From: Phyllosticta citribraziliensis
Taxonomy: Eukaryota
Length of the DNA: 64,000 bases
NCBI RefSeq assembly: GCF_038025025.1
Contig: NW_027117340.1
Location: 1,054,001-1,118,000 of the forward strand
Direction of reading: 5' to 3'
Shown piece after piece: positions 24,683-35,869 of this stretch. The notes under the pieces are model-generated. The model was not told the origin of the DNA. It worked only from the letters and a program-made list of their open reading frames with translations, and ran no database searches. Each line of letters starts with the position of its first letter. The stretch's first letter is position 1. The translations under genes and the position numbers were made by a program.

Positions 24683-25128
24683 CACGCGTCGTTGACCGAG
24701 GCGATAATGACAACGTGCGGAGCAGCAGCGAGCAGTCGCCACAGGGAGCGAGATGAGAGAAGGGGGTCGTGGTGGGTTAGGACAGCCTTTTAGCAAACAA
24801 CGGCCTCATTCACAGGTCAAACAACCAACAAAAAGGGATGGAGAAAAGGGAGACAGTCATTATGCCTTGAGCAGCGTTCCGCCGAGTGTCGGAGCCAGTT
24901 CCTAGACGGACCAAAAGAACGCCGCCGCCGAGTCGAGTCTACCTACATACGTATCTGAACGTACACTGCACCGCGTTCCCTCACAGTAATAGCGGTTGGG
25001 AAGCGGTCGTGAGCAAGGAGCAAAAGTGACGAGGCAAGCCCACCAGACGAGTGAGCCCTTGCCTCAAAACGCTCCCGGGCAGGAAAAGAAAAGGGAAAAT
25101 GGTAGACTCGGAGTGAAACAAGAGGGAG

Positions 25129-25166
25129 AGACGAGGAAAGATGGAGAAGACGAGGAAAGATGGAGA
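25129..25166. repeat. Perfect 19-bp tandem duplication AGACGAGGAAAGATGGAGA x2
   Basis: Read directly. Confidence 0.9.
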
Positions 25167-25915
25167 AAGCGAGACCACGGAAACGGTCTCAACAGGCATC
25201 ATCGTCCGAGACAATCAGAGAACCTACTATGCGCGCTGAAAGAGTAAAGGAGAGGACAGAATTAAACAAGAGACAGAAACTGCGCGTCCCTGCGTACCAC
25301 CTGTCCCAACTAATTTTGCTCTCATCAAAGCTGACTCCGCACGGCTCTCCTTTTGGGTTGTTGTTCTTAGCAAGCGCAAACGCTGGACACTATGGGGGTG
25401 TTGCTGACGATGTTGTGCGTTGAGTGTCGATCGATCGTGGCATACAGCAAGGAAGCGACCGGAGCAACGTTCAACTGGGTATACAGAGAGCAAAGGAAGT
25501 AAGATGGGGTATCTGACGGCGACAATGAAACAAGGAAAAATCCCAACTGAAAAAAAAGCCTACTGAAACCTTATCCTGCCGCCCACTAACCGCATAACCA
25601 TCCGCTACCCGGAGAAAGATGTGAAGAGTATATAAGAACCCGAAGCCGTAGCGCGCCTGTTGGAAACCGTGGGCGGGCTTAGCCGGCGCCGGAAAAGATG
25701 CATCCCTAGAAATCTCGCGTGGTAGGAGGTAAGGAGAGATGAGAGTCATAGAAACCCCAAATTCGAGGGATAAGATGATGCTTTTGAGCATCCCAATGCA
25801 AGTGGTTTCGTGGCCAAGAACTGTGAATCCTAGGCCCAAAGCTGGAATGCAGAGGGGTTCGGTCGAACCGAGATGAGATTGCCTTTGGATGCAAGGAGGA
25901 TGTGCACGTGGTAAA

Positions 25916-27215
25916 TCAGCGAGCGCCGGCCTCCAACTGGCTTGGAGTCGCCGTGGGTGCCGTGGCCGCCGTCGCCTCGTTCGGGTTCTCCGAGCGACGC
26001 CAGACGTTCCTGAATGGCCTGCTAAACGACGGCATGGTTGGACTGAAAGCTCGCAACCGGGCACCAAGGCCTGGAGATTGTGCATTCTCTTGCTGGGCCG
26101 CAGGTGGGCCAGGTGTGTGAGGAGTGCGGGGGCTCCGGCGACCCTCGTTGCGCTGGTCTCCAATCACCATGAGACGTGCGGTGCGCAGTGGCCGACGGGG
26201 GCTGGCAGAAATCCACACAGAGGCTGGTGTCTGCGGCAAGCGAATGCCAGGAGTGTGCCGGCGAGGATTGAGGTCGGCAGCGGCTTCACCCTCTGGACGA
26301 GGCTTAGGCACGAAGTAGTCGTGCTTGCACAATGGACAGCAGGCCCGGCGGCTAGTGAGCCAGGGATCGACGCATCCGGCGTGGAATGCGTGACCACACT
26401 TTAAACCGCGAACGTCATCCTCATCTTCAAGGTCCTCGAGACAGATTGCGCAAGTGTCGCCGCGGGAGGAGAGTAGTTCTGGAGGAGCGGCCGTCCGGAT
26501 GGGATCCTCGTCGTCTTCGTCATCGTCGTCCTCGGAGCCGGCAGGGTTGAGGTGTTGATTTTCCACGGTGCTAGCGACCGTCTTGCACTTTTCCAGCTCG
26601 AGATCCTTTTCTTCGGAAGATAGGTCCCGGGCGTGTTCGGTGTGGTTGTCCGTCGGGGCAGCGGCAGTCGATGGGGCGGGGGGTTGCTCGATTGGATGCG
26701 AATCCCGTTTCTCGGCGTCAATGGTCTCGTCGTGTATGGTGCCATCGGCATCTCTGAGGCTAGCAGCGCGGCTGCCGGGCCTGGAGATTCCTCCAGCAGT
26801 GGGGAGGCCGTCCTTTTCGCGTCCAGAGCGCCACGTCTTGTACTTGATCAGAGGGAAGCGGTCGTTGACCTCGTCCATGGTCATGAGCTTCTTTTCGCGA
26901 CGACGACGGCGCGGATGAGGGTGAACTTGGCCAAGATCGATTTCGGCTTCTCCATTCAGGCGAGCGCGGCGGCTGCGCTGGTTGTAGCGGAAGCAGTACT
27001 TGACGCCGACAATGATCCTGAGCAAAGTATCAGTAGGGTGCGGCGGGACGAGGCGGCGGTTGGGATGAAGCTGACCATAGATTGGTGAAGACGACTCCGA
27101 AGCCGAGGGCAACGAAGAAGAGCAGAGGAGAGTTTGTGGGGCCGCCGCCTCCATTGTTGTTACTGTTGGAGTTTGAAGTGGCGGAAGGGGCGCCGCTACT
27201 CGTCGAGTTGCTCAT
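25916..27215 (-). CDS. Single-pass membrane RING-H2 E3 ubiquitin ligase
   Basis: [33 protein letters not shown] across intron 27018-27075. RING-H2 [43 protein letters not shown]. Confidence 0.9.
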
Positions 27216-27964
27216 GGTGGGCTCGGGCGCAGTGCGACGCAGAGTGTTTCTTGGTGAAGAATCCTACCAAGTGCAAAGAAGGAGTATGACACTCATGTAG
27301 AATGAGCGAGGCGCTTTGGGCGCGGGCGCGAGGGATGAATTGAGGTGGAGTGGACTTGACAGATGGCGTCAGAGGGCCGGCGACAAAGGGTAGTGTAAGG
27401 TAGCTGTGTGTGAGAGCAGAGGGCGCGCGGGCAGCGATGCAGATGGAGGAGGAATAGAGGCCTGGGCTGGGCGGAGCGGCTAGCAGGGTACCGGCTAAGA
27501 TGGGCAGGCCAAGGCGGGCTAGGCTAGGCTAGGGCGCCGGGCAGGAGCGGCGCGATGGCTTTGCGACAGCTGACGGGCGACGGGCGACGGGCGGCAAGGA
27601 AGACAGACGAGGGAGGGCGCAGCAAGGTCGCCGGCTGTTGTTGAACGAGTACGACGACGACGACGACGACGAGGGTGAGAGGGAGCGGAGAGGGAGGACG
27701 AGGGAGAGGGAGGGGGACAGGAAGTAAAAGAGAGTCCTTCAGTGCTGTTCTCGGTGCTGACCCTGCCGAGTACCTACTGACTGCCTGACTGACAGCGGCA
27801 TTGCGCGCCGGGACCGGCCGCCGCCCAATACCTGCGCTACAAACATGTTACCCGCCGCCACGCCGCCAATGGCAGCCACTCCTCCCTCTCCCCACGTCCC
27901 GTCTTGTCTTGTCGTCACCACCATCCCAATCCTTCACGAACCCTCCCGTCATCGCCTCTCCAAC

Positions 27965-28866
27965 ATGGCTTCGTCTGTCCGTAATCCGGAGAACCCCATC
28001 GTCTTCTTCGACGTCTCCCTCGGCGGTAAGCTTGCGTCGCCTCTTTGTCTCCATCACTCCGCCGTCTTTGTTTTCTTCTCCCTTGCCACGCCCCGATCTC
28101 CTGCAAAAGCCACCCTCGACGCTTGATCGCCGCCAACTGTTTTCCTCCTAGCGCTGCCGCACATTGGCTAAGTCTGCATCTGTACAGATTGAACTCTTGT
28201 TCTACCCTGCTGCAAATCATGCCTTGGTCCACTTGCGGCCGCTTGTGCTGACTTTGCGAATTCCACAGGCGAGCCACTTGGCCGCATCAAGATGGAGCTG
28301 TTCAAGGACGTTGTCCCGCGGACCGCTGAAAACTTTCGCCAGTTCTGCACCGGCGAGACCAAGAACGCTCTTGGCAGGCCCCAGGGCTACAAAGGATCCA
28401 AGTTCCACCGCGTCGTAAGTACATGTACCTCTTGCCATGCATGGGCCCTCGCTCCTTTTCGTGCTGACCACGCCGTCATCCAGATCAAGGACTTCATGAT
28501 TCAAGGTGGTGATTTCCTCAACGGCGATGGCACTGGTTCGACCTGCATCTATGGCTCGCGCTCCTTTGCCGATGAGAATTTCCAGCTCAAGCACGACTCG
28601 CCCGGACTTCTGAGCATGGCCGTAGGTCGATTCTTTTTGGACACGATGTGCGCAGAGCTGACCACGTCCAATAGAACTCTGGCGCCGACACCAACGGCTC
28701 CCAGTTCTTCATCACAACCGTGGCCACGCCATTCTTGAACAACAAGCATGTCGTGTTTGGCCAGGTCGTCGACGGCATGGACGTCGTGCGCAAGGTTGAA
28801 AACACTCGCACGCAGCGCGAGAAACCGGTCCAGGACGTCACCATCGCTCAATGCGGAGAGATGTAG
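27965..28866 (+). CDS. PPIH: Cyclophilin H-type peptidyl-prolyl isomerase (U4/U6 snRNP associated)
   Basis: Exons 27965-28025, 28269-28414, 28484-28621 and 28675-28866. Motifs [46 protein letters not shown] and C-terminal QCGEM. Confidence 0.9.
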
Positions 28867-29627
28867 AGGTCGAACGCCATGATCGACTTAGATTCCATGG
28901 TTGCAACGGATGCGACAGTGGAACAAGGTAAGACGCGTGTGCGCCTGAAATAGATGCAGCCACGAATTGCGCGCCTTGTGCCCCAAGGTCATCCCTGAGC
29001 GTCAACAAGACCTTCCATAGTGCAGCAAAAAACAAGGCAAGAGAAGAAAAAAGAGCGAGGCGGGTTAGCATAAAATAAAACGGTTCCGACGTCTCACATC
29101 CCACATCCAAAACAAGCTTGGTCGAGGTGCACGCACCAATCATGGCGCAGCGGGCGTGCCGTCCCTTGGGTGCCCCTCCCTGTGCGTCATCAGGCATAAC
29201 TCCAAACACTTCACCCTGATGCTGCTCCCACGACAAATATCTCCCCCGCTCCACCATTCTCCAATTGCCTGTCCAAAAAGTTACCCTCCATCCCGCGACT
29301 GTTCAACCGCTCCGCCAGCCACCCAAACAAACACCCACCGCACAAACGACCTCACCAAGTAAGTACGACCCAGTTCAATTACCCCGCGAGTCAGGGCCTA
29401 AGCTCCACAATGGTTCCCCGTCGCCGCTTATCCGCACCCCCTGACGCACTACCGTCTTCACATCAGCTTGCCTTGTCGCCGTTGCTTGCCTGGTACACGT
29501 CTTTGACTGTTTGCCCAACGTAAAAAAGAGCTCGCATTGCCGCCTTCGCTTTCTGAATCGCTCAATCCCGAGTCCAAACTTCTCAACGCCCAACTGACGC
29601 TTTTACCCCGCACCTTCTAGACAACTG

Positions 29628-29657
29628 CCACCACCACCACCACCACCACCACCACCA
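29628..29657 (+). repeat. (CCA)10 microsatellite in the 5' UTR, after a 5' UTR intron 29359-29620
   Basis: Read directly; intron signals GTAAGT...CTGAC...CTAG. Confidence 0.85.
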
Positions 29658-29676
29658 TCACAACAGACTCACGACC

Positions 29677-30440
29677 ATGTCTTACAACGACGAATACTCA
29701 CGCCGCGGCGAGGGAGGCTACGGCCGGGACGAAGGCTACGGTCGTTCCGAGGGAGGCTACGGCCGCGAAGAAGGCCACGGTCGTTCCGAAGGTGGCTACG
29801 GCCGTGACGAGAGCTACGGTCGCAGCGAGGGCGGCTACGGCCACTCAACAGGCACATCGTACGGCGGGGGCGCGCGCTACGACGACGATGACGACGACTT
29901 CTCGAGCGCGGCGGAGCACGCATCCAAGCACAGCGGCAGCAGCGGAGACCACTCGCTCTTCAGCCAGGCGCTGGGCATGCTTTCGGGCAAGAAGGGCAGC
30001 CTGGCCCAGGAGGACGTCGACGAGGAGGACGCCGTGCGCCAGCACAAGCGCATGTACACGGACGACGGCAACGGCCACGAGGCCACCTCGGACAACATGG
30101 GCGCCGCCGCCGCCATGCAGGCGCTGAAGCACTTTTCCGGCGGCGGTGGAGGCAGCGGTGGCAAGACCGAATACATTGGCACTGCCATGTCCCTGGCTAG
30201 CCAGCTGTTTGACCAGCAGCAATCGTCGGGCAAGGCCGTGAGTCTTCACTGACTACCCCACACCTGCGAACACGCTCTTGTTGACCCCTCTTTTAGCACT
30301 CCAGCGCCACCAAGCAGGATGCTGTCCAGTCGGCCGCCCAGATGGCACTCAAGATGTACATGAAGTCGGAGATGGGCGGCTCCAGCGGCGGCTCCAGCAG
30401 CGGCGGCGGTCTCATGAAGCTGGCCGGCAAGTTCTTGTAG
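29677..30440 (+). CDS. Gly-rich 'beta-flanking protein'-like hypothetical protein
   Basis: Exons 29677-30237 and 30297-30440. Motifs DVDEEDAVRQH, MGAAAAMQALKHF, IGTAMSLASQLFDQQ, KQDAVQSAAQMALKMYMKS and GLMKLAGKFL* match this fungal family as I recall it. Confidence 0.7.
29701..29843 (+). repeat. Coding 39-nt tandem repeat (GRSEGGYGRDEGY-type, ~3.5 copies)
   Basis: Read directly in DNA and translation. Confidence 0.9.
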
Positions 30441-30960
30441 GAGCCTGGCAGCCACACCACGGCCACCTTCAGTTGCGCTTGCTCCCCCTTGCAATGATGA
30501 AAAGCCATGGGTCCCGAGGAAGCAAATGATCTTTCGACTTTTCATAAACATCTCTCGGGCGCCGGGATATCTTGCGAAACTGGGTACCTCTATGCCCACT
30601 TCACGACCTGTGTCTCGGGCTTACAAAACTGCTTGATGCTTGCCCCTGGGTTGAGGACGACGTCTTGACGCTTTTAGCTTACGAAAAACAACAAATACAA
30701 TGATGATGACTTTCCACTTTCTCCACCAAACGTCTCTCCGCTTCCTTTTGACCCAAGGGTTCCATGGATTCAGAATCTGGTGTAACCATCGTTTGAAGAT
30801 CGGGACTCATGTAAGAGTCCCACAACCACACAGGACACACAATCAAACACGGCATCGTTTGTTTGCGATTCCAGCAACATTCACCTTTTAGTATCAGATA
30901 CCAGCTGCCAAACGCACGAAAGCGGCTGCAATGCAGTCTCGTCTCGTCATCATCATCATC

Positions 30961-31545
30961 ATGGACGGCTTCTTCGCCAACATCAAAAACACAATCGACA
31001 AAGCGGCAGCAGGCGTCGACAAATTCGTCCACAACGAGGCCAAGCCTTGGGTCGACCAAGCAGCAAAAGACGTCGACGGGTTCGTCCACAACGAGGCCAA
31101 ACCATGGGCCGAGCAAGCCGCCAAAGACATCGACGGCTTCGCCAAAAACGAAGCCAAGCCGTGGGTCGACCGCGCCGCCCACGACTTCGTGGCCGTCGTC
31201 AAGCACAACATCGAACCGTGGATCGACCACGCGGCCCACGACGTCGAGAAGGTCGTGGCGAACGACGTGCTCCCGCGGCTCGCCATCGCAGCGCAGCACG
31301 TCGACGGCCTGTGCAAACAACACGGCTGCCATTTCCCCCTTCTCTTTCGACCAAGGGATCTGCTTAGCAAAAGATTTGGAAAGCAAGTGCCGCCTGCTTG
31401 CAGTCTTCTGCTGAAGACCTGTCCAGCACTGCTCATGCGGTTCACCTGCCATGGCGATGTGCGTAGCAGTCACTCAGCTAGTCAGTCACCACATAGCACA
31501 GCAGAGGGCCGCCGACATTCCCTTGTTGTCGGCGGCAAAGAGTAG
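30961..31545 (+). CDS. Hypothetical protein with five 19-aa amphipathic repeats; 3' end uncertain
   Basis: ATG at 30961 and strong C/G third-position bias through ~31320. Possible GC-AG intron 31383-31426 would change the C-terminus. Confidence 0.6.
   Translation: MDGFFANIKNTIDKAAAGVDKFVHNEAKPWVDQAAKDVDGFVHNEAKPWAEQAAKDIDGFAKNEAKPWVDRAAHDFVAVVKHNIEPWIDHAAHDVEKVVANDVLPRLAIAAQHVDGLCKQHGCHFPLLFRPRDLLSKRFGKQVPPACSLLLKTCPALLMRFTCHGDVRSSHSASQSPHSTAEGRRHSLVVGGKE
31015..31308 (+). repeat. Coding 57-nt tandem repeat (VDxFVHNEAKPWVDQAAKD x5)
   Basis: Read directly; copies degenerate toward the 3' end. Confidence 0.9.
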
Positions 31546-31658
31546 AAAAACAAGCCCGCAAGTGTCATCACTTCTCCACCTCCATCCACTCCTCTCCAAC
31601 ATCCTTCTGGAACAAGGGTCGCGTTCGTTCATCCGCCAAACCAAAGTGATCCTCCACC

Positions 31659-32208
31659 ATGGCGGACAACAACTTCTTCGGCAACTTGTTCGTCAACGTC
31701 ACCGAGAGCGCCCAGCAGCTCTTCAACAAGACGACCGAGTACGTCTTCTCCATCAAGTGGGAGGACCTGCCCGAAGACATCAAGACGTACATCCGGGAGA
31801 ACCCTGGCCAGGCGGGCATGCACGTCGTCGGTGGCGTCGTCTTCTTCGCGCCCGCGCTCATCACCGGCCCGCTGCTTGGACTGCTCGGCTTCACGGCTGT
31901 GGGACCTGCTGCTGGTAAGTTGCTCTGCGGTGAGCGCTGTCCATGTGTCGTGGCTTTATTGTGCTAATGAGGACGGGTACGGTGTAGGCTCCATCGCGGC
32001 CGCGTGGCAAGCGTTCATCGGTCCCGTTGCTGCGCGCGGTTTCTTCGCCACGCTTCAGAGCGCTGCCATGGGAGGATACGGCGCACCAATCGTTGGCAGC
32101 ATTGTGAGAGCCGTCGCCGCTTGGGGTTTCGCAGGATGGAAGAGGAACGGAACCGAGACGGGCGGTAACATGACTGGAAACGGTATGGGCAACGAGCCGG
32201 TGATGTAG
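31659..32208 (+). CDS. ISG12/IFI6/IFI27-like small membrane protein
   Basis: Intron 31915-31987 joins GLLGFTAVGPAA|GSIAAAWQAFIGPVAARGFFATLQSAAMGG, resembling the ISG12 motif; 158 aa. Confidence 0.7.
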
Positions 32209-32458
32209 AATTGGGAGTCGTATGGAGATTCCCACCATCAGCGAACTACCAGAGTCAGCACCTTGCAAACACACACACATGATCAGAAAAGCGAATCGGG
32301 AACGAGAGACAGGACTAGGGATCAAATGATGCTTGTTGTAGGGTATCTTCGAAAGACATGAAAGAAAGTGCAGAATTCCAATCCAAGATCAACTCCACCG
32401 CGACCCTCCTGACTATATTGCAAAAGAATACTCGTTATTCGACTGCGACTGCAGATAA

Positions 32459-33776
32459 TTAACGAGCACCAAGCGACTGCAGTGCAATCTGCAGCTCCTT
32501 GACTGCCGTGGGAACATCTTCGAAGTTCAACGCCGAGATGGCCCACTTGGCGTGCTTTTGAGCATTCAAGATCGAGTCATCGTCGTTCTTATATGCCCCT
32601 GAGCCTGCGCTCTCGATACTAGGTGTCACACCGCCCATTGGCATATCACGCGGTGCTGATGGCGCTGTACTTGGTGCCGGGGGAATGTGGTTCGTAGTCG
32701 ATACGGGAGCGGGAGCAGAGCGATAAAAGTCCTGGGGGTCGGAAGCAGGGGGCTGTGATGCCACAGGGTCCGCAGGTGCTGGAGGAGCAGAAGGTGCCGA
32801 TCCCATTGGAGTATCCGTATCCATCGGCTGCTCGGGAGCAGTTGGTAAACTCGGCACAGCATTTGCAGAAGTAAATGTTGGAACCGTCGGGAAGTATCCT
32901 CCTCCTACCGAGGTTGTTGAGCCCTTGCGGCTGGGAGAGTCCAGCGGAGAAACATCGTGCTGCGGTGGAGGAGGGAAAGGACCCGAATTGGAAGGGCCTG
33001 GCGGGGCAAACTCTCCAGGTCCGGGCCAGTCAGAGGCAGGAGCTGGAGAGGGCGCAAAAGATGGAGGCGCATCTTCCACAGTAGGTTGTAGCGATTGGCC
33101 ATTGTTGATGTTTTGTACTTCGGGGTCGTTCGGGTCGAGAGCTGGAGGAGCTTCTTCCAGGGTGGGAGACGGAGAGCGGACAGGATTCGAAAGGTTCGGG
33201 TCCTCGCCCGCTTTCAAAGCCTTGGCTATACGCAAGGCGTGGTATTTGGCATACTTGGACTTGGCCGCGATTTCAGGTTCAAGTGGGCCCCAGATGGCCA
33301 TGAGGTCCAAAAAGGTCGCGGCTGCGCGGAAAGTGTCGGCTGTTTGACTGTACCAGGTCAGAGCTTTGTGCTGTACTTGGGAGAAAGATTCCATACGCAG
33401 TCACTTTATTAGCCCTTACGGTGTTGTCGGCCCTTTGGAATGTCTCGAGCGCAAACTGCTCCAGGTACGCCTTGGCCGCAACCTCGTCCATTATGGCGTC
33501 ATTGTCGGGATTCTGCTCCTTTATCCTCTCGAGCTTGTCCATCAAGGCGGTCGTGTATGTCATGCATTCCTCGTCATTTGTGTGGAGGCCCTTGCCAATA
33601 ATCTGGTTGACGACATGGTACTCGCCTGCAGCCTCTTAGTCGCTGGTCCTGTCCGCGTTTGGCCGCAACTTACACCAGTAGGCAATTACAGGCTTGATTT
33701 TTTCGAGCTGGGAGGCGCGCAGGGCAAAGCGAGAGATGTCGGCCGGCTTGAGGCCTGCAGGAATTTGGGGCGGCAT
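32459..33776 (-). CDS. VTA1: Vps4 cofactor Vta1 (N-terminal MIT domains, C-terminal VSL)
   Basis: Introns 33626-33673 and 33348-33396. Motifs KPVIAYWC, KSKYAKYHALRIAKALKAGEDPN, a Pro-rich linker and AQKHAKWAISALNFEDVPTA. Confidence 0.95.
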
Positions 33777-34073
33777 GGTTGATGGGTGTTGGATCCAAAA
33801 GTGGCGGAGGAGAGAGCGGGAGCCCAGGTGCAAGTGGTGCCTGGGACGTTGAGGGATTCTGCCGCAGCTGCGGGCTCACCGCCTGTCGGGATCGTCGGGA
33901 GCTCTGACCACCGGAGCGGGAGCTTGTCGACGTCGAAACCCCGCGAAATTCTGAGGCCAGCTTGCCGTAACTGTCCAAGCTATAAACTACCCCGTCCGCG
34001 CTCTGCCGCGTTGGCCAAATTTCATTCCTGTACTACCAACCTCTCGGGCTTCCCCTACAGCTTCACGCTCGTT

Positions 34074-35740
34074 ATGGTCCAACTCAAAGCTTTTGCTGCT
34101 GCCGCAGCGGCCTTGTGTTTCTCTTCGCCAGTTTTGGCCGAGACCATGTATACGAAGGGCTCGCCGGTGCTCCAAGTCGACCACAAAAACTACGAAAAGC
34201 TGATTGCGAAATCCAATCACACTTCTGTAGGTGATTCGTAGACTTTCGACGTTCAACTTCCACTAACCGCCCCGCAGATCGTCGAGTAAGCCACGCTGAA
34301 CGACTCCACTTTACCCCGGACTGACTAATGACGAACCACCCCAGATTCTACGCGCCTTGGTGCGGCCACTGCCGGAACCTCAAGCCCGCCTACGAAAAGG
34401 CTGCCAAGAACCTCGCCGGTCTCGCCCAAGTCGCCGCCATCAACTGTGACGATGAGGAGAACAAACCGCTGTGCGGATCGATGGGGGTGCAAGGTTTCCC
34501 GACCCTGAAACTCGTTCGCCCGGGCAAGAAGCGCCCTGTGGTTGAGGATTACCAGGGCGCAAGGAGCGCGAAAGCCATTGTGGACGCCGTTGTGGAAAAG
34601 ATTCCCAACCACGTCAAGAAGGTGGGAGACAAGGATTTGGACGACTTCTTGAAGGAGGGCAACGACACAGCCAAGGCTATCCTCTTCACCGAGAAGGGCA
34701 CTACAAGCGCGCTCTTGAGGGCACTTGCGATTGACTTTTTGGGAAGCGTCCAATTCGCCCAGATCCGGAACAAGGAGAAGAAGGCAGTGGAGACATTTGG
34801 GGTGGAGAAATTCCCGACGCTCGTCCTGCTGCCTGGCGGTGACAAGGCATCTCTTGTTTATGGTGGCGAGCTCAAGAAGGACCCAATGGTGGAATTTGTC
34901 TCCCAGGTTGCCGCTCCTAATCCTAAAGCTGGTGATGCTAAGGGCGACTCGAAGAAGAAGGACTCCAAGGCCAAGGACAAGAAGAAGGAAACAAAGGACA
35001 AGGCCGACTCCAAGAAGGAGGAGAAGGAATCCGAGGGTAGGAGACTCCTGTCATTTTATTCTGGGCATAGAAGCCCTCGAATCCCCAGCCAATCTGACAA
35101 GCCGCCATGTCCACTTGATCTGGCAAGCCAATGAAAATGTGCTGACTTTGTCCTGCCAACAGACAAGAAGCCTGCTCCTGAGACCGAAGCTCAAAAGCCA
35201 ATGGAGGTCAAGGAAGAAAAGCCCCTGATCATCCTCATCGACGCCGACGGTTTCCTCACAGGCGCGTGTCTGACGTCCCAGAGCCACAACTGCATTTTGA
35301 CATTCGTTCCCACCAAGACTGGCGAAGAAGCGACGGGAGATGCAAAGATGGCTCTGGATGGCCTCACCGACGTGCTGAAGAAGCACCAAAGAGGCGGACA
35401 TCGCACCTTTGCAGCATTCCAAGTGCCTGACAACATCGAGGCTTCGGCCAAATTGCGCAAGGAGCTGGGTCTGAAAGCAGACGCTGTTGAGATTGTCGTT
35501 ACGAACGCGAAAAAGGGGTGGTGGAAGCACTACACCAAGGATGATTTCTCGGCCAAAAATTTGGAGGACTGGATTGATGCGGTCAAGATGGGCGAGGGCA
35601 AGAAGGAGAAGCTGCCCGAGGGTGTTGTGGTTCAGGGGATAAAGTTGGGGGACAAGCCGACGGTGAAGAAGTCTTCTTCTCATGAGGGTGTGGTTAAGGA
35701 GAAGCCGGAGGAGGAAGACCAGGATCACGATGAGCTGTGA
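34074..35740 (+). CDS. ER protein-disulfide isomerase family member (Mpd1/PrpA-type, single CGHC)
   Basis: Signal peptide. Exons 34074-34226, 34278-34285, 34345-35036 and 35163-35740. Motifs IVEFYAPWCGHC and GFPTLK, C-terminal HDEL. Confidence 0.9.
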
Positions 35741-35869
35741 TGTGGTCCAGGTGCGAAGAAAACAGGGGCTTGAAGTTTGTTGTAGGTCTTTAGTCGAATT
35801 CAATGTCTGGTTGCGTTTCGAATAACCCAAGTCGTTTGGCTGCTGTCATGATGCGACTGTGCTCGCCAT

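Noticed and set aside
29677..30440. Mating-type locus implied by a beta-flanking-like gene
   Set aside because: That linkage is described in Agaricomycetes; no homeodomain, HMG or alpha-box gene is seen in this window.
30679..31473. Overlapping minus-strand ORFs across the 57-nt repeat
   Set aside because: Shadow frames; third-position bias and start context favour the plus-strand 30961 frame.
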